From: an uncultured Acidobacteriota bacterium
GTDB lineage: Bacteria > Acidobacteriota > Terriglobia > UBA7540
Assembly (NCBI GenBank): GCA_963804995.1
Contig: CAWDSK010000003.1
Coordinates: forward strand, 1,472,001 to 1,536,000
Length of the DNA stretch: 64,000 bases
Direction of reading: 5' to 3'
Part shown: piece by piece, positions 27,648 to 37,157 of the stretch
Layout: every line of letters begins with the position of its first letter
How positions within the stretch are numbered: the stretch's first letter is position 1
Notes under the pieces: generated by a model
Seen by the model: only the letters and a program-made list of their open reading frames with translations
Database searches by the model: none
Told to the model about the DNA's origin: nothing
Program-made: the position numbers and the translations under genes

Positions 27648-29852
27648 ATGAGGCAGAGGGTTCAATTTGCCGCGCTGCTGGGCTTACTAATTTCCTCGGC
27701 AGCGCTGGCCACAGATTCGGGACAGGTCCGGGGAGTCGTTCACGATCCTCAGCACCGTCCCATCGCGGGCGCGACGGTGACCCTTCACGCTCAATCCTCT
27801 TCCTGGTCTGCGGCCACTCAATCCGATTCCGAGGGCGAATTCCACTTTGCCAACGTGCCAGTCGGGGACTACACCGTGAACGCCACGGCGCCGGGATTCA
27901 GCGCTCAGGAGCAATCCATTTCCGTGGTCGTGGGGAAGTCGCCCGTCTTCCATTTTCCTCTGGAGATTGCCGCGTCGCGCCAGGTGGTGGAGGTCACGGA
28001 CCAGGAAAGCAGGCTCAAGACGCAATCCTCCACGGTGCAGACCATGGTCTCAACCCAGGAGATCGCCCACACCGCCGGCGCTGACCAGACCAACAGCCTG
28101 GCCATGATCACCGACTTCACCCCTGGGGCTTACGTGGTTCACGACATGCTTCACATGCGCGAAGGGCACCAGGTGAACTGGTTTTTCGACGGCATTCCGG
28201 TGATCAACACCAGCATCGCTACCAACGTGGCGCCTTTGATCAATCCCAAAAACGTGGAATCGCTCGAGGTCGAACGCGGCGGCTACTCCAGTGAATATGG
28301 CGACCGAACTTACGGGTTTTTCAATGTGGTTACGCCTTCGGGATTCGATCGCAATCGACAGGCGGAGTTGGTCACGTCCTACGGCAACTTCCACACGACG
28401 GACGACCAGTTGAGCTTCGGCAATCACACGGAACGCTTTGCCTACTACGCCAGCGTGGATGTTAATCGCTCTGACCTGGGCCTGACCACACCCACCTCCG
28501 CAGTGATTCACGATCAGGACAGCGGACTGGGTGGGTTTTTGTCATTGCTCTACAACGCCTCGCCGCACGATCAGGTGCGCTGGATCGCCTCCTTGCGCAG
28601 CGACCATTACGCTATCCCCAATGACGCGGATGCCCAGGCGCAAGGCATTCGCGATCTCGATTTGGAAAGCGATGACCTACTAGGCTTCCAATGGGTTCAT
28701 ACCGCACCCGCAGGGTTGATCCTTACGGTTTCCCCCTACTTACACTTCAACAGCGCCCACTTCCTGGGTGGACCCGGAGACACACCCACAATCCTGAACG
28801 AGAACAGCCGATCAGACTACGTGGGGGTGCGGGCCATGCTCCAGGCACTCAAGAAGCGTCACAACGCACGTGTCGGTATCGAGAGTTGGGGGCAACGCAA
28901 CAACGCTCTGTTCAACTTGACCGCTAATCCTGGCACCCAGATGCTTCACCAACAGGAGATGCACTGGGGGAGCACGGAGTCACTATTTGCGGAGGACACG
29001 TACCGGCCGACCTCCTGGCTCACGCTGGATGGCGGAATCCGGCTGGTTCATTACGGTGGGCTGCTCAGTGAGAATGCGGTGGACCCGCGCCTGGGCGGTG
29101 GCATCCGCATCCCGCATCTCGGGTGGACAGTGCGTGGTTACTACGCCTACTACTATCAACCACCACCCCTGGATAGCTTGACCGGCCCGCTGCTGGGTTT
29201 CGCCTTACAACAAGGGGTTAGCTTCACTCCTCTGCCGGGCGAGCGCGACATCCAGCATGACGTCGGCCTCACCGTGCCTTTCGGCGAGTGGATGCTGGAT
29301 GTTGATAACTACCACACCAATGCCCGCAATTTCCTGGACCACGACGAGGTGGGCAACTCCGACATCTTCGTCCCACTTACCGACGTCGCGGCACTCATCA
29401 GCGGCACGGAGATCACCCTGCGCACGCCGGAACTTTGGGGCCATGCGCGATTGCGGATCGCCTACGCGAACGCCGTGGGGAAGGGGCTCGGCCCCATCAC
29501 GGGAGGCCTGATCGAGTACGCGCCCACTAGTTACTTCTACCTCGATCACGACCAGCGCAACGGCTTCAGCACCGTGCTTCCGCTTAAGCTGCCACGCGGT
29601 TTCTGGGCCACACCCAGCGTCAATTTCGGCTCCGGCTTCGTGAACGGGAACGGTCCCGCACATTTGCCCCCACACACCACGGCGGATCTGGCCATGGGCA
29701 AGGACTTTGGAGAGAAGTGGTCATGTTCCCTGAACGGGACCAATGTGCTGAACAGCCGCTTTCTGCTGGACACCAGCAACACGTTTGGGGGAACCCACAC
29801 CGTAAACCCACGGCAGATTTATCTTGAGGTGCGGTACCGGTTCCACTACTAA
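27648..29852 (+). CDS. TonB-dependent receptor (probable metal uptake)
   Basis: Signal peptide, carboxypeptidase-regulatory-like domain, plug (LEVERGG), terminal aromatic strand YRFHY. Confidence 0.88.
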   Translation: MRQRVQFAALLGLLISSAALATDSGQVRGVVHDPQHRPIAGATVTLHAQSSSWSAATQSDSEGEFHFANVPVGDYTVNATAPGFSAQEQSISVVVGKSPVFHFPLEIAASRQVVEVTDQESRLKTQSSTVQTMVSTQEIAHTAGADQTNSLAMITDFTPGAYVVHDMLHMREGHQVNWFFDGIPVINTSIATNVAPLINPKNVESLEVERGGYSSEYGDRTYGFFNVVTPSGFDRNRQAELVTSYGNFHTTDDQLSFGNHTERFAYYASVDVNRSDLGLTTPTSAVIHDQDSGLGGFLSLLYNASPHDQVRWIASLRSDHYAIPNDADAQAQGIRDLDLESDDLLGFQWVHTAPAGLILTVSPYLHFNSAHFLGGPGDTPTILNENSRSDYVGVRAMLQALKKRHNARVGIESWGQRNNALFNLTANPGTQMLHQQEMHWGSTESLFAEDTYRPTSWLTLDGGIRLVHYGGLLSENAVDPRLGGGIRIPHLGWTVRGYYAYYYQPPPLDSLTGPLLGFALQQGVSFTPLPGERDIQHDVGLTVPFGEWMLDVDNYHTNARNFLDHDEVGNSDIFVPLTDVAALISGTEITLRTPELWGHARLRIAYANAVGKGLGPITGGLIEYAPTSYFYLDHDQRNGFSTVLPLKLPRGFWATPSVNFGSGFVNGNGPAHLPPHTTADLAMGKDFGEKWSCSLNGTNVLNSRFLLDTSNTFGGTHTVNPRQIYLEVRYRFHY

Positions 29853-29944
29853 CCTGGCGCCGGCAGCGCTGTAGAGGAGCGCCTCACCTGCCCTCCTTCG
29901 TCGTGGGCCGTCTCTCCAAGGGTAGGGGTGGATTTTGCGATTCC

Positions 29945-30103
29945 TAGCCCTCTCCGAGGGGTCGCAGATTCCGCCGCGGCGGGGAGAGGGTGTCCCGCGG
30001 CTGGCGCTCTTACCAGCCGGCGCGGGACGGGCCTACGCCCACCGAAGGGACACCTGAGAGCAGTAAACAACCTCAGCTTCGGCCCGCAGGCGGGTGAGGG
30101 GTC
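29945..30103. repeat. CCCTCTCC/GGGTGAGGGG palindromic repeat with internal insertions
   Basis: Similar to 7659-7795. Confidence 0.65.
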
Positions 30104-30151
30104 CCTTCTTATGTGGTGCGGACCTGATATGATGGGGGTGGGAGGTCTACG

Positions 30152-31039
30152 ATGCGTGCGCAGAGGTTAATGGCATGGCTCGCGGGCTTTGGCCTGCTCT
30201 TCGCTCTAACTTCCTGCCACACGCAGCCGCCCTTGCCGCAGCAGCGCTTCGAGGTGAAGGGCAAAGTGGTTGCGGTCGACAAGAGCGGCGGCACGGTGAC
30301 GCTCGAGCACGAAGAGATCCCGGGCTACATGGCTGCCATGACCATGGCCTACTCACTCAAGGATAAGTGGGCTTTTGATGTTTTGAAGCCGGGCCAGAGC
30401 GTGCACGCCACCCTGGTAGTCGCGACCGATCACGCCTGGCTGGAAGGGATCGTGGTCACCGAGGAGGCGAAGCCGGAGAGCACTTCGCTCGCGCCGCCCC
30501 AGGCTCTTCGCCCTCCCGAAACGGGCGCGGCTGTCCCGGACTTCCACCTCTTCAATCAAGACGGCAAGACCATCGACCTCCATCAATACCACGGCAAAGT
30601 TCTGCTGCTGACCTTCATCTACACGCGCTGCCCGCTTCCCGACTATTGCCCATTGATGAGCAAGAACTTTGCGAAGATCCGGGACGAACTGCATCGCGAC
30701 AACTCCCTGCCGGGTTCCATGCACCTGTTGAGCATCAGCCTTGACCCCGACTACGATACGCCCGCCGTCCTGCGCGCCTACGGGCTGGAATGCGTGGGCA
30801 AATCCGCAAGCGACCCGTTCAAGGATTGGGAGTTTGCCAGTGGGACCCCGGAGCAGGTTAGGAAGCTGGCGGAGTTTTTTGGCTTGAGCTACTGGAACGA
30901 CCACGACCAGATCGTGCACGCCCTGGTCACAGCGCTCATTGGCCCGGACGGAAAAGTGCGGAAGATTTATCCCGGCAACCAATGGCAGCCCGCTGATGTG
31001 CTGGGTGACTTGCGCAACCTGAAAGGGACTCGCGGATAA
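30152..31039 (+). CDS. SCO-family lipoprotein with N-terminal CusF-like copper-binding domain
   Basis: Lipobox LTSC; HEEIPGYMAAMTM; YTRCPLPDYCP; IVH. Confidence 0.9.
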   Translation: MRAQRLMAWLAGFGLLFALTSCHTQPPLPQQRFEVKGKVVAVDKSGGTVTLEHEEIPGYMAAMTMAYSLKDKWAFDVLKPGQSVHATLVVATDHAWLEGIVVTEEAKPESTSLAPPQALRPPETGAAVPDFHLFNQDGKTIDLHQYHGKVLLLTFIYTRCPLPDYCPLMSKNFAKIRDELHRDNSLPGSMHLLSISLDPDYDTPAVLRAYGLECVGKSASDPFKDWEFASGTPEQVRKLAEFFGLSYWNDHDQIVHALVTALIGPDGKVRKIYPGNQWQPADVLGDLRNLKGTRG

Positions 31040-31113
31040 CCCGCATATCGTCCTTCGAGCGAACTGCCACGCGCCTCGGCGGCGCTGCCGTAGCCACCCT
31101 ACGGTCTACCGTA

Positions 31114-31220
31114 ACCACCCCGGCGCTCTGAGCGCCACCCCTCCTAAATCAGGAGGGGAGTTGCATAGGAACTCCCCTCCTCAGATGAGGAGGGGTGGCG
31201 CGCCAAGCGCCGGGGTGGTG
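31114..31220. repeat. Palindromic repeat (accaccccggcgc...gcgccggggtggt)
   Basis: Multi-hairpin inverted repeat between convergent genes. Confidence 0.75.
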
Positions 31221-31306
31221 CTGACAGAATTAAGTGGTCGTGCTGACAATGACACCGCCAACAATTTTTTCTGTCAGCCCTAAAGCCCCGCCCTTCAAGG
31301 GAACCC

Positions 31307-32158
31307 TCAAGCCCCCCGGCGGATGATCGGCTTCAGATCGTGCGGTGGGGGCGTGAACATATTCTTCGCGGTCAGCCCGCACTCCTTCGCCATTTGAATG
31401 CTGTACCCTAATCGGCCCACCTCTTCCCCGTGGGTATTGGAGCCAAACGAAAGTTTGAGTCCCGCGGTCTTGGCTTTCAAAATGAATTTCTTGCTGGGCA
31501 CTTTATAGGCACAACTGATTTCCATGGCGATGGTGTGCCGGCGGGCGGTCTCAATCACCTTTTCCATGCGCTCATTCGTCCAGAGCGCGCCGTAATCGTG
31601 CAGGATGTCGTCAGGCAGGAACGTGGCATGGGCAAGGATATCAAGCGGCTCCACGTTCATCACCTGAAGAGTGAAGGCTACGTATCGCTCCATGAAATCC
31701 TGCGCGTCGGTGATCACGGCTTCGGGCGTCCAGAGCTTGATCAGCCTGCCGTCTTTGTCGGGGAAGTTGAGCGCGTCGGAGAGAACATAATCCAACCGGG
31801 CGATCATTTCCTTTGAGAACATCTTCGCCCAGGTCAGTCCCCCGCCCTGCATGCCGCGATAGACCGGCTGGCCCTCCCAACGCGCCAGGTATTGCTCGAT
31901 GTCCGCGTCGGTCTTCATGCCTTCACCCACTCCGCCATGTTCCGCGACGCCAACTTTGACCCCACGCTGGCGCGCCAACTGCAAGACGTGCTCGATGGTC
32001 GTGGCGCCCTCCACATGCACGTGAAAATCAACCAGAGGGAAGTCGAGACCGGTTGCGGCAGGCGGCGGCTCCTGCGCATGCAGTGGAGTGAACGAAAAGG
32101 CAGAGACTGCGCCGGCGAATCCAAGAAAAGTGCGTCGTGAGATCGAAGAAGTGAGCAT
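31307..32158 (-). CDS. PHP-like metallohydrolase with Tat signal
   Basis: SRRTFL; DFHVH, AEHG, LAH and GSNTH metal ligands. Confidence 0.7.
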   Translation of the reverse strand: MLTSSISRRTFLGFAGAVSAFSFTPLHAQEPPPAATGLDFPLVDFHVHVEGATTIEHVLQLARQRGVKVGVAEHGGVGEGMKTDADIEQYLARWEGQPVYRGMQGGGLTWAKMFSKEMIARLDYVLSDALNFPDKDGRLIKLWTPEAVITDAQDFMERYVAFTLQVMNVEPLDILAHATFLPDDILHDYGALWTNERMEKVIETARRHTIAMEISCAYKVPSKKFILKAKTAGLKLSFGSNTHGEEVGRLGYSIQMAKECGLTAKNMFTPPPHDLKPIIRRGA

Positions 32159-32613
32159 CAATGCGGGCCTCCATATCGGATTTTCACCGCGCATGTTACT
32201 ACGACTTGGGGGCGACAAGAACCCCCGTTTGAGTTTGGGCGCCCTGCCAGGCGATTGGGCCGGAGATCTGGGACATCGAGAAAAGGCGAGAGTTCGTTAA
32301 TGGGACAGGCGGGGGGCCGGGGAACGCCAGTCTACGCGTGACTTGGTGGGACAGGTGTCCCATATGTTCTTCTCCCAGAGGCTCCGGGGGCGTTGTCCCA
32401 CCAAATAACCAAGGTCCCGCCGAACCAGTTGTCCTTCGAGCGATCGGAACGACATAACCTCAGCCTCACCGCAGAAGCGCGCCACCTACGATGGAGGTCC
32501 CTCATCTTTGCCAGCCCTTGAAGATGTTTAAAGATGAATCCGGGTGAGGTAGAATATATTCATCGCAGATTTAATCCAACTCATTCCTCCGGATTACTCA
32601 TCACGAGGAAAGC

Positions 32614-33447
32614 ATGTTTGAGAGATACACCGAAAAGGCCCGAAGAGTAATCTTTTTCGCCCGCTACGAAGCCAGCCAATTTGGCAGCACTTATATTGAA
32701 ACAGAACACCTGTTGCTGGGGATGGCCCGGGAAGACACAGCCATCGCCAAGCGTTTGTCGCGCCCTCCTTTCACCATCGAATTCATCCGCCAGCGCATCA
32801 AAGAGCAAACCACCGCTCGGGGAAAAATTCCCACGTCTGTTGACCTGCCCTTAAGCGCTGGATGCAAGCGCGTTTTAAATTACGCTGCGGAAGAGGCCGA
32901 TCGCCTCGGGGACAAGCACATCGGCACCAACCACCTGCTGCTCGGGTTGATAAGAGAAAGAGGGGGACTCGCCGCCAAGGTTCTGTCTGAGGCTGGGATT
33001 AACGCCTCTGAACTCCGCAGCGAAATTGGGAGGATGAGTGATTCCTCCTGGAAAGTCGCGCACCCCCAGCAAGCCAGGCATGAAGACTACGTGGAAATCC
33101 ATGGAGAGTTATGGGGCGCTGAATCGGTTCGCGAGCTGAGCGAATACTATCAGAAGTTTCATTGGGAAAATCGCCAGTGGGTCGCGCGCGATGCGTTGGT
33201 CTACCGCTCAAACTCAGATCTCTATCTCTATTCCGGGCAGGCGTATGACCCGGAAAAAGCCGACATCCTCAAGGGTGGGTGGATTGAAGACCACTGCGCG
33301 ATCTGTTGGTGGAGGCTTTTCGAGTCGGAGGAAACCGAGCACCGCTGGGGTTTCACCAACGGGCAGGATTGGCTATGCGTGGAATGCTACACAAGATTTA
33401 TCGAAAGTGACGCAGCGGACGGAGAAACCCTCGCTCCTGCTCCGTGA
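32614..33447 (+). CDS. Clp N-terminal domain protein fused to a CxxC..CxxC domain, no AAA+ module
   Basis: MFERYTEKARRVIFFA..TEHLLLG double Clp_N repeat; C-terminal HCAICW and WLCVECY. Confidence 0.85.
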   Translation: MFERYTEKARRVIFFARYEASQFGSTYIETEHLLLGMAREDTAIAKRLSRPPFTIEFIRQRIKEQTTARGKIPTSVDLPLSAGCKRVLNYAAEEADRLGDKHIGTNHLLLGLIRERGGLAAKVLSEAGINASELRSEIGRMSDSSWKVAHPQQARHEDYVEIHGELWGAESVRELSEYYQKFHWENRQWVARDALVYRSNSDLYLYSGQAYDPEKADILKGGWIEDHCAICWWRLFESEETEHRWGFTNGQDWLCVECYTRFIESDAADGETLAPAP

Positions 33448-33455
33448 TGCGACTT

Positions 33456-34568
33456 CTATTTCGCATGCGTCAATGCCAGCACGGCGTATGCCGTAGCGGC
33501 GTCGCTCATGAAGCGGCCGGTCTCAGGTGAGTTGGGCTTTTCCTTGTTCAACGAATATCCCATCCAACGGCCATCGCTCTTGTCCTGGTTCGACGCCAGC
33601 CAATCCAGGCCGCGTTTCATCCGGGGTTCGTTGCTTTTGACCCCTGCCTGTTGCAGGACGTAGGTGACGACCCCAGTGGCATAGCCGTCGCTCTTGGTCA
33701 CGAGGGGCGTGCCATCATGGCGCTTCCACCCACCCACAAAAGAAGAAAGACTGAAACCACCGTCTGACTGTTGCTTGCTAAGCGCTTCCTGGATGATGGC
33801 CTGCTTTTGCGAATGGGTCAGAAGATGGGGCACCTTCGTCGACGCCCAGAGCAGAATCAAGCGATTAATCAAGATCTGCGAATCGCGCTCCTTCACCAGG
33901 TATTCGCGCAGCAACGTCATGCCCTCGCGAATTTGTGGGGATGAACGATAATTTCCGGGTGCGGTCCCCACGACCAGGGCGGCGAGCGCGGCTCCGAAAT
34001 ATTGCGAATCACCCTCCCAGGGCGAGTTGTGAAACTGCAGCCAGGACCATGCGCCCCGCGCCTCGCCCGCTTTCAGTTGGAGCGCCCACATGTTGTCAAG
34101 CGCCAGGCGAGCGTCCGCACTCAGCTTGCCGGTTGGCGCGTCATAACCCACCAGAACCACAGCGTTCAGAACGGACTCGGTTCCGCGCGATTCCGCCGTC
34201 TTGGGGACGCCTCTTTTCTCGTCGGGATAAAATGGCTCGACTTCATTCCACAGCCGGACGCGTTTCGTAACGCTGGCGAGAAGCCTTTGTTCCTGGGGCG
34301 AGGGAGCTTGCTCAGCAAGCGCCGATCGAAGGGAGGGTCGGGCCATGGCGTAAGGCAACACGGTATGGCAGGATACACAGAAGGTTTCATGGTCGCGGGC
34401 GGCGGTGGGCCAGCTCACCCACCAGTCTTCCCGCCCATCGAGGTAGGCGGCGGCCGCCTTGGGGCTCCAGGAGGGAGAGTTCACGGTTGACGGGGGACCA
34501 TCAGCCGCGAATAGAAAAGCAGCAAGAAATGCGGCCAGCATGCAGGTCGCAAGTGTAACTGTCTTCAT
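33456..34568 (-). CDS. Exported prenyltransferase/squalene-cyclase-repeat (alpha/alpha barrel) protein
   Basis: QQSDGGF and NQDKSDGRW QW-like repeats; SDGYATG; CVSCH. Confidence 0.7.
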   Translation of the reverse strand: MKTVTLATCMLAAFLAAFLFAADGPPSTVNSPSWSPKAAAAYLDGREDWWVSWPTAARDHETFCVSCHTVLPYAMARPSLRSALAEQAPSPQEQRLLASVTKRVRLWNEVEPFYPDEKRGVPKTAESRGTESVLNAVVLVGYDAPTGKLSADARLALDNMWALQLKAGEARGAWSWLQFHNSPWEGDSQYFGAALAALVVGTAPGNYRSSPQIREGMTLLREYLVKERDSQILINRLILLWASTKVPHLLTHSQKQAIIQEALSKQQSDGGFSLSSFVGGWKRHDGTPLVTKSDGYATGVVTYVLQQAGVKSNEPRMKRGLDWLASNQDKSDGRWMGYSLNKEKPNSPETGRFMSDAATAYAVLALTHAK

Positions 34569-34795
34569 TAAAACTCACCTCCGTCACACGTTACCAAGTG
34601 GCTCAAAACCAAGGTAGTGCCAGCCGGGTTCACCTATCCCCTGTTCCAGATCGCAAAGGACGGCGTACGCCCAAACGCCCCATCAATAGCTTAGTGGAAC
34701 CCAGTGCCCCGCAAAACAACCCCAACCCCTTCCCGTCGAAGGGAGCCTTCCCGAGTATAGCGCCTCGGAGCTTGGTTCACAATTCCGAAGTCGAA

Positions 34796-34885
34796 GGTAG
34801 TGACGCATTTTGAAGTGCCACGGCCATCTTGGCCGTGACCCGACACGGGCGGGACGCCCGTGGCACTTCAAAATGCGTCACTACC
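34796..34885. mobile_element. MITE (GGTAGTG-type ends)
   Basis: Perfect 28-bp IR; 8-bp direct repeat AAGTCGAA on both sides. Confidence 0.88.
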
Positions 34886-34978
34886 AAGTCGAACATTGAC
34901 TTGACGCGGGTGCGAAGGGCTTGGATAATTACCCAGCCTCATGGGGGGCAAACATTATTCAATTCGAGGGAGGTTCGT

Positions 34979-36794
34979 ATGGCAGCACCACGGGGAGCCC
35001 TGGGCGTCTGCTGGTTGGTCGTCTCGTTAGGGCTTGCGCCCCTGGCCTTGGCACAGGAAGTTACCACGCAGACCATGCGCCCGGTGATTCGGGGACGACA
35101 GGCCGCGGTATCATCCATGAAAGCCGAGGCCACCGAAGCGGCCCGCCGCATATTGGCAGAAGGCGGGAACGCTTTTGACGCGATTGTGGGGGGCCAAGCG
35201 GCGCTGGCGGTGACGGACTTCCCCAGCAATGGTGTGGGCAGCGACGCGGTTGTGCTTGTCTACGTGGCGCGGGAGAAGAAGGTGATATCCATCAATGCCG
35301 AGCCGCGCGCTCCGAAACTCGCCACCATCGAGTGGTATGAAAAAAATAACGGCGGCAAAATTCCTGAGAGCGATGGCTTGCTCTCCGGCGGGATTCCGGG
35401 GGTCGTCGACGCATGGTACATCCTATTGGACCGCTGGGGCACGATGAGCTTCGAGCAAGTTCTCCAGCCCGCCATCGAGCTGGCGGAAAACGGATTTCCC
35501 TTGAGCGAGGTTCGCGCCCACGCTATCGCCAATACCGAGAAGATTCGCAAGTACCCTTCTACCGTGAGAATTTATCTTCCCAACGGCCAGGCCCCGAAGG
35601 CCGGTGAGATTTTCAGAAATCCCGACCTCGCCCAAACCATGAAAAAGCTGGTCGAAGCCGAAAAGGCGAACCGCGTGAAAGGCCGCCACGCGGCGCTCGA
35701 GGCAGCACGCAACCGTTTCTACAAAGGCGATATCGCCCGTGAGATGGCGGCCTTTTCGGAAGCCAATGGGGGTCTGTTCCGTTATGACGATTTCGCGGCA
35801 TACACCGCGGAGGTCGAGAACCCCGTCTCGACCGATTACCGCGGCTACCAGGTATACAAGAACCCTTCCGCCACCCAGGGACCGACCGAACTTTTCGCCC
35901 TCAATATCCTTGAGGGCTTCGACCTGAAAGCGATGGGCCTTAACAGCATCGATTTTATTCATACCAACGTTGAGGCCATGAAGCTGGCGATGGCTGATCG
36001 CGAGAAGTATCTGGGTGACATGGACTACATCAAGATTCCTTACGACGGGCTGCTGTCAAAAGATTACGCGCGCGAACGCCGAAAGTTGATCGACCCGGCC
36101 AAAGCTTCGCTCGAATTGCGGCCGGGGTCGCCGGAGAAGTTCACGAGCGGCACGCCTCCGTCGGACCGGCATGTGCAAGTGGTTCTGGAGGGCAACGCGG
36201 ACCACACCGGCGACACCAGTTACATAGGCATCGTGGATAAAGATCGCAACATGGTGAGCTTTGAGCCGAGCCTCCACAGCGGCTTCGGAACCGGGGTCGT
36301 GATGGGCAACACCGGTATCATCTTCAACTGCCGCGGTGACTACTACTCCCTCGTGCGGGGCGAAGCGAACGCGCTCGAAGCCGGGCAAACGGCCGCGCAG
36401 CACGCTGCAAAGCACGCTGGTTATGAAAGATGGGGAGCCTTTCGCGATCCTGGGAAGCCCCGGCGGCGACGATCAGGTGATGCGCACCATCCAGACGCTC
36501 ATTAACGTGGTCGACTTCGGCATGAACATTCAGCAAGCCATTGAGGCGCCGCGCTGGACAACCAGCAGTTTTCCGGCATCGCCGTTCCCGCACACTATGT
36601 ATCCTGGCGCCATGGCCGTCGAGGCGCGAATCCCGGAGGCCACACGAAATGCGCTTATTGACCGTGGACACAAACTGCAGGTGGCGGGGCCGTGGTCGCT
36701 AGGGTCGAACGCCGGTATCATCGTCAATATGAAGACAGGCGTGCTGAGCGCCGGCGCCGATCCGCGTGTCGAGGCGTATGCCTGGGCGTGGTGA
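34979..36794 (+). CDS. ggt: Gamma-glutamyltransferase family protein; +1 frameshift near 36378
   Basis: GGNAFDA; GDTSY catalytic Thr; PGKRPRST, GSPGG and GADPR in the second frame. Confidence 0.9.
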
Positions 36795-36800
36795 AGCGAG

Positions 36801-37000
36801 CGTAGCGCGGACCTCCGCTTTTGAGGTCCGCGGCTCTTCCTGCGAAAAACCGCAGATCTCAACCATGGGGCCTGCCCTGAGATTCGGTGGCATGAATCTG
36901 ATGAAGAACCGCAGATCTCAACCATGGGGCCTGCCCTGAGATTCGGTGGCATGAATCTGATGAAGAACCGCAGACCTCAAAAGCGGAGGTCTGCGCTACG
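36801..37000. repeat. GTAG-type REP pair with internal 59-bp tandem duplication
   Basis: cgtagcgcggacctc ... gaggtctgcgctacg; 59-bp unit at 36848 and 36907. Confidence 0.85.
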
Positions 37001-37157
37001 GTTGCTCATGGGCGGAGTATTTTGCGTCAAACTGCGACACTATCCGCCGGCCTTTTGCCTTCCCATCTTTTCTCAAATCAACTAGCATTATCAGTTTCGA
37101 CTCGCGTGCTGGATTGCTCCTGCGCGAAAGCCTCAATGTATGGTGCCAGGTTTCGAT

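Noticed and set aside
33456..34568. True squalene-hopene cyclase
   Set aside because: Too short, exported, and lacks the DxDD catalytic motif.
36848..36975. Possible CRISPR array
   Set aside because: The units are identical with no unique spacers, and there are no cas genes.
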